Positions 12,076 to 23,213 are shown, counted from the first letter of the stretch. The stretch: 64,000 nucleotides of DNA from an uncultured Acidobacteriota bacterium (GCA_963716925.1 CAVQUX010000015.1:308104-372103); one strand, 5' to 3'. The notes: generated by a model not told the origin, from the letters alone. Translations and numbers: made by a program.

Positions 12076-12245
12076 GCGCCCCGACGATCCGTGCGCGCTG
12101 TCAACGAAGAAGTCGCGAAGACACCTCTGCTACCGTTTGGCTTCAATTCCGACGGTCTCGAGAGGGGATAACCGTGAGCCTGACCATTTCCTGCCCACAC
12201 TACCGTTGCCGCGCAGGCGCCCCTGACGACTCTCACACAGCTGAT

Positions 12246-13076
12246 TCAGGAGCGGGCCGGCCAAGCATCGTGCCGAACCCGTCCCTTGCCGGCACGCTTC
12301 GCTTCGTACAAGCGGCCGTCGGCTTCACGCAGCGCGTCGTCGAGGTTCGGAGGGGCGCAGTTGAAAGTCACTGCGCCGAGGCTAAGGCCAACCGGCCAGC
12401 CTCGCTCCCGCAGGCTCGGCACTTGCTCGAGCAGATCGCGGAAGACCGCCGCCGCCTCCTCCGCCGCCGTCTCCGGCAGCAGGAGCCCGAACTCGTCACC
12501 GCCCAACCGAGCCACGAGATCCACCCCGCGTAGCCGCCCAAGGAGCAACCCACTGACGGCCACGAGCGCCTTGTCACCCGCCTCATGGCCTAAAGTGTCG
12601 TTCAGGTGCTTGAAGCCGTCGAGATCGATGAGCGCCACGGTGAAGGGACGCCCGTGGCGCCGGGCCCGTTCGATCTCGGCGACCGCCGCCTCCTGGAAGG
12701 CGCGCCGATTCTTGAGGCCTGTCAAGGTGTCCGTGAGCGCCATTTCCGACTCGAAATCCAGCCGACGCTTCAGGCTGGCGATCAGCGCGGCCATAACGGC
12801 GAAAACGGCCAGTTCCGTAGAGAAATTCCAGAACCGCACGGCATCACTCAGCGGCGGGAGGTGGGTTCCATTCGCCACAAAGGAGCTCAGCGCCGCCGCC
12901 GCGGCGAAGAACAGTCCGCTCCCAAGTCCGGCGCTCCAAGTCGCCACTGCCACGGGGCCCAGGTGGATCAGCGTGAAGGCGACATCGTCCCCGCTGACGT
13001 GGTCACCGATCCCCGCGAGCACCACCCCCGCGGTTGCCAAGCCCAGGGCGGTCGTTCGCGAGAGGCGCACCCTCAT
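12246..13076 (-). CDS. membrane-bound GGDEF-domain diguanylate cyclase
   Basis: TM N-terminus; GGDEF signature RLGGDEFGLLL; start taken at MRVRLSRTTALGLA within the longer ORF. Confidence 0.7.
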   Translation of the reverse strand: MRVRLSRTTALGLATAGVVLAGIGDHVSGDDVAFTLIHLGPVAVATWSAGLGSGLFFAAAAALSSFVANGTHLPPLSDAVRFWNFSTELAVFAVMAALIASLKRRLDFESEMALTDTLTGLKNRRAFQEAAVAEIERARRHGRPFTVALIDLDGFKHLNDTLGHEAGDKALVAVSGLLLGRLRGVDLVARLGGDEFGLLLPETAAEEAAAVFRDLLEQVPSLRERGWPVGLSLGAVTFNCAPPNLDDALREADGRLYEAKRAGKGRVRHDAWPARS

Positions 13077-13296
13077 TGTGGCACCGTACCCAGGATCAGC
13101 TCGACCAGCCGCTCGCACTTGCCTCTGAATTGGTGGCCAGGAGCTCCTGCGGCCCGCACTCGTTGGACCTGGATGCGTTCGGTGCCAAGTCGTGTGTTCC
13201 GGACGAAGAGAATGGCGCCCACACCCGGTTCCGGCGTCGCGGACCGCTTCAAGCACGCAGCGCACATGACGGTGGCAGATCCCAGCTCGTTTCGGT

Positions 13297-14325
13297 TCAC
13301 TCGCTGGCCTCGACGGCGAAGACGAAAACCGTGCGGTCGTCACACCAGTTGGGGACTTCCGCAGGGCCGGGGGCCGCAGCCGCGACCCGGAGCAGTTCGT
13401 CGCAGATCTGGGCTGGCGAACTTCCCGCGGTCAAACGCTCCAGCGACGCTCCCAGGGTCTGGCTCAGAGTCGTCGGCCCGGTTCCGAGCGCTTCGGTAAT
13501 GCCGTCCGTGACCAGTACGCCGATGTCGTTCGGGCTCAGGGCGAGGTCGGCGACCGAATACGTCGCCCCCGGAAGCAGCCCCAGGGGTGGCCCGCCGGAC
13601 TCGATCGCAGCGGTGAGCGATCCGTTCCGCACCAAGTAGCCCGCGGGATGGCCGGCGTTGACGTAGACGAGCCGCGCGGGCTCCGTCTCGAAGCGCGCCA
13701 CGATGGCTGTCGCGTACGGTAGCCCCGCGTACTCTTCGTAGAGCGCCGCGGAGATCCGCTCCGCGATGATCGCTGGGGCGCCGGTCTCGCGAGCGAAGGC
13801 TCGAAACAGAGTCTTGAGCGACGACAGGATGAGCGCCGCCGGGATGCCCTTGCCCGAGACGTCGCCCAGGATCGCGAGCACCGTGTCCGAGGTGGGCTGG
13901 AAGAAGTCGTAGAAGTCGCCCCCGATGTGGCTCGCAGGGATCATGCGCGCCGCCCAGCGGAAGCTCTGGGTGGTCTGCGGGACGTCGGGCAGCAGGCCCC
14001 GCTGGATCTGCAGCTGCGAGGCGCAGTTGCTCGTTGACGGCAATCTGCTCCTGCTGCAGCTTGAGTACGTGAGTTCGAGAAGCCTTCAGATGAAGCCAGA
14101 GGTAGGTGAGCCCGGCCACACCGATCGAAATCACGGCGTCGCTCAGCCACTCCAACTCGCCACGGTTGCCGTGAACCGCACGGATGATCATCGACTCTGC
14201 CGCCGTGCCGACGGCGAAGACGGCGATTCCCGCCGCCGTAGCGAGAACCGAAGGTATCCACACGGCCGGACCGACCCCGGCGGGCACCCTGCGAGTCGGG
14301 CTCAGCGCCTCTGAGCCTTCATCCA
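13297..14325 (-). CDS. PP2C/SpoIIE-family serine phosphatase with N-terminal TM segments, 1 frameshift near 14000
   Basis: IGGDFYDF...LGDVSGKGIPAA...VNAGHP...TDGITE motifs; N-terminal membrane part MDEGSEALSP... lies in a different frame. Confidence 0.7.
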
Positions 14326-14520
14326 TGCGTCGGTTACTCAAGGGATGCCGCCCGGCGCACCGCCGCCATAGCCCGTTCGTCGGAATCCATCAAGTCGTCG
14401 CCTCAGGTTGTATTAGACCCGAAGGGCCTGAGCGGGACATGAGGCGCGAATTAAATCCACTTAATCCGCCCCCGCGATCGCACGCCCGTGAGAGGACAGA
14501 GCCGCCCCGGTGATCGACGA
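14326..14520. repeat. about 170-bp intergenic cassette, copy 2 of 2 (see 11906-12075)
   Basis: Same sequence blocks as copy 1; lies between the divergent PP2C gene (minus) and the response regulator gene (plus). Confidence 0.7.
14450..14466. promoter_or_regulatory. ATTAA-N6-TTAATC dyad motif (site 2 of 7)
   Basis: ATTAAATCCACTTAATC. Confidence 0.45.
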
Positions 14521-14594
14521 TGAATTACTATGGACCCGGCCGCGCGGCGCGTGCGAACGCCTCAGCGAAGGCACCGGACAGACAGGGGGTGGGT

Positions 14595-15270
14595 ATGCGC
14601 GTCCTCGTGATTGAGGACGACCGGAAGGTCGCGAGTTTCATCCAGACCGGCCTCGAGCAGGAAGGCTACGCCGTGGACCTCCTCAACGACGGCGCGGAGG
14701 CGGGCGATCAGGCGCTCGCCATCGATTACGACGCCGTCGTGCTCGATTTGATGCTGCCAGGCCGGTCCGGGTTCCAGGTTCTGCGGGACATCCGGGCGAG
14801 AAAGGCGTCGCTGCCGGTGCTCATTCTCACGGCCAAGAGACTCGCTCGAGGAGCGCGTCGCCGGGCTCGATGCCGGTGCGGATGACTACATGACCAAGCC
14901 GTTCGCGCTCGCGGAGCTCTCGGCACGGCTCCGCGCCTTGCTCAGGCGCGGCGCGCCTCGCGAGAGCGTTCTGCGCGTGGCGGACCTCGAGATGGACACC
15001 GTGCGGCGCAAGGTGCGACGCGCGGGAAGAGCGATCGACCTGAAGCCCAAGGAGTACGCGCTGCTCGAGATTCTGATGCGGAACGTCGATCGTCCGTTGA
15101 CCAAGGCGCTGATCATCGAGCACGTCTGGGACATCCATTTCGACAGCATCAGCAACGTCGTCGAGGTCCACATCAACTCGCTGCGAAACAAGATCGACAA
15201 GGGATTCGACATCCCCCTCATTCACACCATCCGGGGAGTCGGGTACGTCCTCACGGAGGCTCCGTCGTGA
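14595..15270 (+). CDS. OmpR/PhoB-family response regulator, 1 frameshift near 14835
   Basis: MRVLVIEDD...DLMLPGRSGFQVL receiver, then winged-helix LKPKEYALLEILMRN...TIRGVGYVL in a second ORF. Confidence 0.8.
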
Positions 15271-16670
15271 CCCTGACTCTGCGCGCCCGGTTGGCCACGA
15301 TCTCCACGATCGTGTTTGGCCTGCTCCTCGCGGCGCTCAGTTTTGTTTCGTACGAAGTACTCTCCCGGCAGCTCGATGCTGACGTCACGGAGCGCCTCAC
15401 GCAACTCACCGATGGTCTCCATGGGTACTTGCATTTCGACGGCGACACGGCGTCGGTCGTGTTCGACGCAAGAGACAACGATCAGGCGGTGTTCGTCAAC
15501 GAGGCGACGAGATACTACCAGGTATACGACGCAGAAACCGGCCGCCTCCTTGCCGAGTCGAGTGCGTTGACACCTCTCGCACTGCACTTGACCCCGGGTG
15601 AGGTCCGGGGGTTTCGCGCGGAGCCGACGCCCTTCGACATCGAGACCGAGTATGGCCGACTGCGCATCTCCAACAGCTTGGGGACGGAGGCAAACGGCCG
15701 CGCGTACCTCCTGCAGTTGGGGGTGTCGCTCGTGCCGATGGATACGGCGCTCGCGCGTTATCGCGACCACCTGTTGTGGCGTGTGCCGGTGGCGCTTCTG
15801 GTCGCCATCGCTGCCTCGTGGTGGCTGTCGGCGCTCGCCTTGCTCCCGCTTTCTCGGGTGGCGGTGGCGGCGAGCGAGATCAACGTGCAGACGCTCGAAC
15901 GGCGGCTGCCGAGTCGCGGCGTGGACGATGAACTCGAGCAGTTGGTCGACGCCTTCAACGACACGCTCGGGCGCCTCGAACATGCGGTCGGGGAGATGCG
16001 CCAGTTCAGTGCTGCCCTGGCGCACGAGCTGCGTACGCCGCTGGCCGCGCTTCGAGGCGAGATCGAGCTGGCCATGCGGGCGCCTGGAGCGAACCCGGCA
16101 CAGCGAGACCGGTGTGCCAGCCAGGTGGAGGAGATTGACAGGCTGACGCGGCTCATTGACCACATCCTGACCTTGGCCCGGGCCGAGTCCGGCCAGATTC
16201 GGCTTACCCGTGCGCCAGTCAATCTCGCCGATCTCGCCGCCTCTCTCGTCGAGCAGCTCGAGCCCCTCGCGGCGGCGAGGTCGATCGAGCTGCGCTCGGA
16301 GCCGTCCGATGCGGTGTTTGTCGATGGCGACGCCGGCTGGCTCCAACGACTGTTGCTGAACCTGGTGGACAACGCCATCAAGTTCACGAAGGAGAACGGC
16401 CGGATCGTGGTGCGGGTCACCCGCGAGGGCGACGACGCGCGGGTCGATGTGCAAGATACGGGAGTTGGCCTGTCGCCCGCCGATGCGCGGCAGGCGTTCG
16501 AACGATTTTTCCGAGCCGAGCCCGCTCGTTCCTCCTCGACCGAAGGCGCGGGGCTCGGCCTGAGCCTGGTCCGGTGGATCGCGGCGCAACATCGCGGAAC
16601 GGTAACCGTTCAGAGTCGTCTGGGCGAGGGCTCGACGTTCACCGTCACCCTGCCCCTCAGTCGAGGCTGA
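15267..16670 (+). CDS. sensor histidine kinase (two TM, HAMP, HisKA, HATPase_c)
   Basis: GTGA overlap with regulator stop; H-box LAHELRTPL; DTGVGL and GLGLSLV G-boxes; intact 467 aa ORF. Confidence 0.85.
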   Translation: MTLTLRARLATISTIVFGLLLAALSFVSYEVLSRQLDADVTERLTQLTDGLHGYLHFDGDTASVVFDARDNDQAVFVNEATRYYQVYDAETGRLLAESSALTPLALHLTPGEVRGFRAEPTPFDIETEYGRLRISNSLGTEANGRAYLLQLGVSLVPMDTALARYRDHLLWRVPVALLVAIAASWWLSALALLPLSRVAVAASEINVQTLERRLPSRGVDDELEQLVDAFNDTLGRLEHAVGEMRQFSAALAHELRTPLAALRGEIELAMRAPGANPAQRDRCASQVEEIDRLTRLIDHILTLARAESGQIRLTRAPVNLADLAASLVEQLEPLAAARSIELRSEPSDAVFVDGDAGWLQRLLLNLVDNAIKFTKENGRIVVRVTREGDDARVDVQDTGVGLSPADARQAFERFFRAEPARSSSTEGAGLGLSLVRWIAAQHRGTVTVQSRLGEGSTFTVTLPLSRG

Positions 16671-16863
16671 CCTTGGCCTCTGTCGCACCGGCGCCCATCG
16701 CTCGAGCTTCCGTAGGACGCTCGAGAAGCCACTTTGCGGCATTGAGGAGAGATCGCCCCTTCAGGTTCGCCTCAGGTCGCGGCGAGCAAATAGTAAGTCG
16801 ATTGACAGAGTGTCATCCGGCGCGTTGTTCCGCGCAAAGGACTCGACATGTGATCGAAAGGCC

Positions 16864-19411
16864 ATGACCAAACACGCACGTGTCAGCCACCCCCTGTACG
16901 GCCTGCTGCCCACGGACCTCGAGGGATTCGATTCCCTCGCGGACCTTGCTCTGGATATGCGCTGGTCGTGGAATCATGCCGCCGACCGAGTGTGGCGGGA
17001 GCTGGATCCGGAGCTTTGGGCTCTGACCCAGAATCCCTGGGTCGTTCTGCAGACCGTCTCGCGCGAGAAACTCCAGCGCGTACTGGACGATTCCGCTTTT
17101 CGCAAAGACGTTGACGATCTGGTGCAAGCGAGGCGGCATGCCGCGGAGGCGCCAGCGTGGTTTCAGAAAACCTACCCGGGATCCCAGCTGCGCCGTGTTG
17201 CGTATTTCAGTATGGAATTCATGTTGAGCGAGGCGTTGCCCATTTACTCGGGCGGGCTGGGCAACGTTGCCGGCGATCAACTCAAGGCTGCCGCCGATTT
17301 GGGCGTCCCGGTGATCGGCGTGGGGCTTCTCTACCAGCAAGGCTATTTTCGGCAGCTGATCGACAAGGATGGCGCGCAACAGGCGCTTTTTCCGTACAAC
17401 GATCCCGGACAGTTGCCGATCGCGCCGTTGCGTAAGTCGAATGGCGAGTGGTTGCGGCTGGAGATCGCCTTACCCGGTTATTCGGTCTGGTTGCGTGCCT
17501 GGCAGGTTCAAGTCGGTCGCTTGAAGCTATACCTGCTGGACAGCAATGACGCCGCGAATTACCCCGCGCATCGAGGCATTACCAGCGAGCTTTACGGCGG
17601 CGGGCCGGAATTGCGCCTCAAACAGGAAATCCTTCTCGGGGTCGGCGGATGGCGGCTGCTCGCGGCGCTTGGCAGCGAGCCGGAAGTCTGCCACCTGAAT
17701 GAGGGACACGCTGCCTTCGCTGTGCTGGAACGCGCGCGAAGCTTCATGGAGGATACCGGGCGGACGTTCGAGGTCGCGCTGGCCGTCACCCGGGCGGGCA
17801 ACCTTTTCACCACCCACACGGCAGTGGCTGCCGGCTTCGACCGTTTCGCCCCGGCGCTCGTCGAGCAATACCTCGGTGGTTATGCCGAGCGGGAACTCGG
17901 CCTGACCCCCCACGATTTGCTGGCCCTCGGCCGTCAGAACCCGAACGACTCGTCCGAACCCTTCAACATGGCGTATCTGGCAATTCGCGGTAGCGGGGCG
18001 GTCAATGGCGTGAGTCGCTTGCACGGAAAAGTGAGCCGGCAGCTGTTTGGACCGCTCTTTCCACGCTGGCCGCAGGACGCAGTTCCGGTCGGACACGTAA
18101 CCAATGGAGTCCACCTGCCGAGCTGGGACTCGGCCCCGGCCGATGATCTGTGGACGCAAGCCTGTGGAAAGAAACGTTGGCTGGGGGCGATGGAAACGCT
18201 GGAGCAGGATATTCGCTGCGTCTCCGACGCCAGTCTCTGGCAGTTTCGCACGGCCGCCAGCAAGGTGCTCGTTGAATACGCCCGCGAACGATTGTCCAAA
18301 CAACTGGTCGCGTCAGGAGCGTCGTCCGAAGCGGTTGACGACGTGAAGCGCCTGTTTGACAGCAATACGTTGACGCTCGGTTTCGCTCGCCGTTTTGCCG
18401 CCTACAAGAGACCGAATCTGCTGCTCCACGACCCGGAACGACTGCTGCGCCTGCTGACGAATCCTCAACGCCCGGTGCAGCTCATCCTGGCGGGCAAGGC
18501 CCATCCCGAGGATCTGGCCGGCCAGGCGATGATCCAGGAATGGACTCATTTCATCCGGCGGCCCGACGCGCGCCGTCATGCGATCTTCCTCAGTGACTAC
18601 GACATGCTCTTGACCGAGCAGTTGGTGCAAGGCGTGGATGTCTGGCTCAACACGCCGCGACGCCCCTGGGAAGCGTGTGGGACCAGCGGCATGAAAGTAC
18701 TGGTCAACGGCGGCATCAATTTGTCGGAGCTGGATGGCTGGTGGGCGGAAGCCTACACGCCGGAGGTGGGGTGGGCGCTGGGGGACGGCCAGGAACACGG
18801 CGACGATCCGGCCTGGGACGCTGCCGAAGCCGAAGCGCTCTACGACCTGCTCGAACGCGAGGTGATCCCCGAGTTCTACTACCCGCGACGAGCATGGGAT
18901 CCCCAGCGCCTGGGTGGCGCGGATGCGGGAAAGCATGGCGCGGTTGACGCCGCGCTTCTCCACCAACCGCGTCGTGCGCGAGTACACCGAGCAACATTAC
19001 TTCCCGGCGGCCTCGGCCTACCTGGAGCGGGCTGCCGACAATGGCGCCATCGGCGTGCGGGTGGTTGATTGGCGGCATGCGCTGGACCAGAAATGGACCG
19101 CGCTGCGCTTCGGCGAAGTGAAGGTAGAGACCGACGGCGAGCAACACGTTCTTGAGGTTCAGGTCTATCTCGATGAGCTCGACCCGGAGGCCGTGCGGGT
19201 CGAGATCTACGCCGACGGAGTCCGGGACAGCGCTCCCCTGCGGCAGGAGATGGAGCGCGTGCGGCAACTGGTGGGCGCTGCCAACGGCTACGCCTATCGC
19301 GCGCGGGTGCCTTCTGCCCGCCCGTCGACGGACTATACGGCGCGAGTAATTCCGAACTTCCCCGGGGTCGCGGTTCCGCTGGAAGCCCCTCAAATCCTGT
19401 GGCAGCGATGA
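16864..19411 (+). CDS. glgP: alpha-glucan (glycogen/maltodextrin) phosphorylase of the alpha-glucan-family type, 1 frameshift near 18890
   Basis: DMRWSWNHAADRVWRELDPELW N-terminal domain, GGLGNVAGD, long GT35-like body; C-terminus RDEHGIPSAWVARMRES... continues in ORF 18914-19411. Confidence 0.75.
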
Positions 19412-20063
19412 TTCTGTTTCGAGTGGCAACCTGGATACGCCGCGAACACCGAGAATTTCCGAGTTCCACGCCCATGCAGGTCAGCATCCGGTTCCCCGAT
19501 CGTGGGCAGCCACCACGTTTCCCGCAGCGGGGGCTCAGGATCGCTCGGTGAGCTGGACCCGGATGAGCAGCCGATCCGCGTACTTGAACGAATCGACGAG
19601 TTCGATACCGAAGACGATCACCGCAGCCGCGTGCGCAACGGCGTCGCCCAGTGATGCGGCCGGAAGTGGAGCGACGTCGCGGTCACTGCTAGCAACCCCA
19701 ATAACGAAGGAATCACCACTACGGCATCGAAGGTTGCACGCCGCCAGTAGCTGCCTCCCAAGTGCAGCCAGAGTCCGAACTCGTCAAAGGTCAAGGCCAG
19801 ACTCCGTATAAGAGCGCGACGCTTCGAAGGTGTCGCGCATTCGGGCAAGTAAAGAGCAGGTACGCACCGACCGCGCCGGGTCGCGTTATCTCCCTTGTGA
19901 GCAAAGCGGGGCGGCAGTTGGCGGCAGTTTGTCCAGGCGGGGCGACGCCCGCGAACAGCCTTCGCGGGCAAGTCGTTCTGCAACGGTAAAGTCTTCGCCG
20001 TGTTGCTTGGCACTGCGTTTGCACAGATCAACAAACGAGGGTGCAGAAGAATGAGAGGTTCCC

Positions 20064-20987
20064 ATGAGACATACGAAAGCAGCTAGCACTCTACTGGCGA
20101 CGATGGCGATTTTGGTCTCTGGCTCGCCGGTCATGGCGCAGTCGCGCCACGGCTATAACCACGGGGGTCGATCGATGAGCTACCAACCTCATTATTATCG
20201 ACCCTACGGCTATGGACCTCGGGTCGGTTTCTACGGTTACTTCGGCGCTCCCTACTACCCGTACTACTGGCCCTATTACGGTGGCCCCTTCTATCCGGGC
20301 TACTACGGGTACTACGGGTCCTACAGCCCGTGGGCTTCCTTCCGTATCGAGGTCAAACCCAGAGAGGCGAACGTTTACCTCGACGCCTACTACGCCGGCA
20401 TCGTGGACGACTACGACGGAGCGTTCCAGCGACTCAACGTGCCGCCGGGCAATCACGAGATCGCGGTGTATCTCGAGGGGTATCGGACCATCCGACAAGC
20501 CCTCTACGTGAGCCCCGGGAGCTCCTACAAGATCAAGCAAGAGATGGTTCCTCTGGCCCCGGGTGAGGCGCAGGAGCCACCGCCGGAGGCGGCGCCGCCG
20601 GACGAGTTCACCGGGAACGAGCCTCCCGCGGTCATGACTCCCCAGGCACAGCTCACGCCGGCTCCGACGATGCCTTCGACACCCCCGGCGGCGGCCGCCG
20701 TGTCGGAGCCAGCCGATTTCGGAGTCCTGGAAGTGCGGGTGCAGCCTTCCGGCGTTCGCCTGCGTATCGACGGAGAGCCTTGGCTGGCCGAGCCTGCAGG
20801 TCCGGTTTCCATCCATCTGCCTCAGGGACGCCACCGAGTCGAGATCGAGAAGGAAGGCTTTCAGTCCTTCGCGGGCGACGTGGTCGTGAGCTCCGGGAGG
20901 ACCACGACGCTGAACGTGAAGCTGTCTTCGAGCAGATCGTTCGAGGAACCACAGGATCGATCGTTGCTCGTCAGGGGCTCCGAGTGA
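20064..20987 (+). CDS. secreted PEGA-domain protein with a Tyr/Gly/Pro-rich low-complexity N-terminal region
   Basis: Signal peptide; YYRPYGYGPRVGFYGYFGAPYYPYYWPYYGGPFYPGYYGYYGSY; two PEGA-like beta-sandwich segments (FRIEVKPREANVYLD..., LEVRVQPSGVRLRIDGEP...). Confidence 0.6.
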   Translation: MRHTKAASTLLATMAILVSGSPVMAQSRHGYNHGGRSMSYQPHYYRPYGYGPRVGFYGYFGAPYYPYYWPYYGGPFYPGYYGYYGSYSPWASFRIEVKPREANVYLDAYYAGIVDDYDGAFQRLNVPPGNHEIAVYLEGYRTIRQALYVSPGSSYKIKQEMVPLAPGEAQEPPPEAAPPDEFTGNEPPAVMTPQAQLTPAPTMPSTPPAAAAVSEPADFGVLEVRVQPSGVRLRIDGEPWLAEPAGPVSIHLPQGRHRVEIEKEGFQSFAGDVVVSSGRTTTLNVKLSSSRSFEEPQDRSLLVRGSE

Positions 20988-21380
20988 GCCGGCGATGCGA
21001 GTCCAGAGGGAGAACGGGGGAGCTTCGGAGAGGCTGAAGCAGGAAGGACCAGAAAATTCCGCGAGCCACGCTCGCAGTCCGGATTGGATTGAACAAAGGC
21101 GGCGGTCGACGTTCAGCGTCTTCGTCGGGCGCCGCCGAGTTTCACTAGAAAACCCAGCTCACGGCTTGCCGTTCTTCGCGGACTGTCGCCGTCGTTTCCA
21201 CCTCCCGAACACGACTTCTCCGTCTGTTTTGGCCCACCGAACAGTTCTTGGCACTTTGCGCGTTCTCCTCTGTTCCGCGGGGATGTGACCTCATTCGAGC
21301 ACACCCACCCTGAAAGTTGTAGCAACGAGCATCGCGGCAAATACGTGTCGTGTTTGGCCCTCGTGTGCACCCCAACGCCT

Positions 21381-21396
21381 TGGCACCGGAATTGCT
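21381..21396 (+). promoter_or_regulatory. candidate sigma54 (-24/-12) promoter TGGCAC-N5-TTGCT
   Basis: Match to YTGGCACG-N4-TTGCW; 30 bp upstream of the BON-gene ATG; a sigma54-dependent activator is encoded at 58760-60280. Confidence 0.45.
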
Positions 21397-21425
21397 CTAC
21401 TTCATTGCAGAGAAGGAGAAGAGTC

Positions 21426-22169
21426 ATGAGAACTACATCACCCATTCTGGCGATCATCCTGGCGGGAGCGCTGGACCTCTCCCCTACGGTGTCCGCCGCG
21501 GACCAGACGAACGACGCTACAATCCGTGCGAAGGTCGAAAAGAAGCTCCAGTCCGAACAACTGACGAACCTGACCGGTCCTTCCGTCGAAGTGAAAGACG
21601 GCATGGTCATTCTGACGGGACGGACCGAGACCCTGTATTCCAAGGACAAGTCGGTCGCCGCGGCGATGGGGGTCGAGGGTGTCACCGGCGTCCAGGACCG
21701 CCTGGAGATCCCGAAAGGCGAGAGCGATCCGAAGGTCGCGGAGGCTATCACTCGAGAGGTGCGCCGCTACCCGTTCTTCACCATCTATGACGACGTGAAC
21801 CTGCTGATCGACGATGGCAACGTGACGCTCGTGGGGCGCGTGACCATGCCCTTCAAGTCGAACGAGATCGCCGAACGGGTCTCGAAGCTCGCGGGCGTGC
21901 AGAGCATCAAGAACGAGCTCGAAACGCTCCCGACGAACATCGGAGACCAGAGACTCCGGGCGGTCCTCGCCCACCGGATCTACGGCAACCCATCATTTCG
22001 CGAGTACGCCTCGATGGTCAATCCGCCGATCCACGTCATCGTCGAGCACGGACGCGTCGCGCTGACCGGCGCCGTCCGATCCGAGGTGGAAAAGCGCCAG
22101 GCGGAGGTCATCGCCCGCTCCACATTCGGCGTCTTCTCGGTCGACAACCGTCTCGTGGTTGCGAGCTGA
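21426..22169 (+). CDS. BON-domain (OsmY-like) periplasmic protein, three BON repeats
   Basis: Signal peptide MRTTSPILAIILAGA; repeated ...V.V.DG.V.L.G.V... BON pattern. Confidence 0.7.
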   Translation: MRTTSPILAIILAGALDLSPTVSAADQTNDATIRAKVEKKLQSEQLTNLTGPSVEVKDGMVILTGRTETLYSKDKSVAAAMGVEGVTGVQDRLEIPKGESDPKVAEAITREVRRYPFFTIYDDVNLLIDDGNVTLVGRVTMPFKSNEIAERVSKLAGVQSIKNELETLPTNIGDQRLRAVLAHRIYGNPSFREYASMVNPPIHVIVEHGRVALTGAVRSEVEKRQAEVIARSTFGVFSVDNRLVVAS

Positions 22170-22357
22170 AGGCGGCGCTCGGTTGACGCCCGCCCGGGGG
22201 AAAACGGGTTCGCTCCTCTGCACCCTTGCGACGAAGTGGACCTCCCCGGGCGGGCGCTCGCGAGTCTCTCGTATCGAGCGCGTCTGGGACATGTATTTCG
22301 ATGTCCAGCCGGACTCCACGTTCACGATACGGGACACGATGGGCACCCCCCCGGCAC

Positions 22358-22374
22358 ATTAACGGAAGTTAATC
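22358..22374. promoter_or_regulatory. ATTAA-N6-TTAATC dyad motif (site 3 of 7), perfect palindrome ATTAAC-N4-GTTAAT
   Basis: cATTAACGGAAGTTAATCtgcgcCTCACG, about 100 bp upstream of the STAS gene. Confidence 0.5.
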
Positions 22375-22470
22375 TGCGCCTCACGATCCGCTGAACCGTG
22401 TCTCGTAGTATTTGCTTCATGATCACGAGATCGACTGCCGCATCAACCAAAAGGGGTTAGTCACACGTTG

Positions 22471-22815
22471 ATGAACATCGAGCAACGGAGCGTCGGGGAC
22501 GTCATCGTGCTGTCGATCCGGGGCGATATCACGATGAATGGAACTGGGGCGACTCCGCTGGCAGACAAAGTCCGAAGCGAGCTCCAGCAAGGTCGCGATC
22601 GCTTTGTGCTCGATTTGCGGCACGTGCGCTACGTAGACAGCGCGGGACTCGGGGAGCTCGTGCAGGCGTTCTCTGCCGTGCTGAACCGAGGCGGAGCGAT
22701 GAAGCTCCTCAAGGTGACCAAGCGGCTGAAAGACTTGCTCGTGGTGACCAAGCTCCTGACCACGTTCGCATGCTTCGAAGAAGAATCAGAGGCGCTGGCC
22801 AGCTTCGAGCCTTAG
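22471..22815 (+). CDS. STAS-domain anti-sigma-factor antagonist (SpoIIAA/RsbV-like)
   Basis: 115 aa; conserved DSAGLGEL motif around the phosphorylatable Ser. Confidence 0.7.
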   Translation: MNIEQRSVGDVIVLSIRGDITMNGTGATPLADKVRSELQQGRDRFVLDLRHVRYVDSAGLGELVQAFSAVLNRGGAMKLLKVTKRLKDLLVVTKLLTTFACFEEESEALASFEP

Positions 22816-23213
22816 CCGGCGCTTTGCTGAGGGAGATCGATAAAGCCCCACAACGGGTTAGGCCGCGCGACGCCGCCGCGGCCCACCGGAGCGTCCGGTG
22901 AGATGTCCCGTCCGCGGGGTCTTCGTCGCGCCCAGGGCAGTCGTGGAGGCGGAAACCATCGTCGAGCGGGGGTTTCGCTCCTTGGAGCATGTGGGCGCCA
23001 GCGTCGCGCGCATGCTCCGCGTGCCCATGGCCGCCTTTGCCCGAGACGCCGGCGCGAGTCGCACGCTCGAGCACGGACCGTCCACGAAGCGGCAGCCACG
23101 GTTCTTCTCGGGGCAATGCTCCTGGTGGCGATTCGCCTCACGGCCGAGTGGTTCAAGCGCCTTGGCGATAACCGCGCGGTGTCTCTGGCGAGTGGTCCGA
23201 TTACGGAATTGGC

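Noticed and set aside
11906-14520. CRISPR array or MITE interpretation of the repeated elements
   Set aside because: Only two copies of each cassette and no short regularly spaced direct repeats with unique spacers, so these are not CRISPR. No terminal inverted repeats or target-site duplications were visible, so these are not an obvious MITE or IS. No cas or transposase genes were found in the window.
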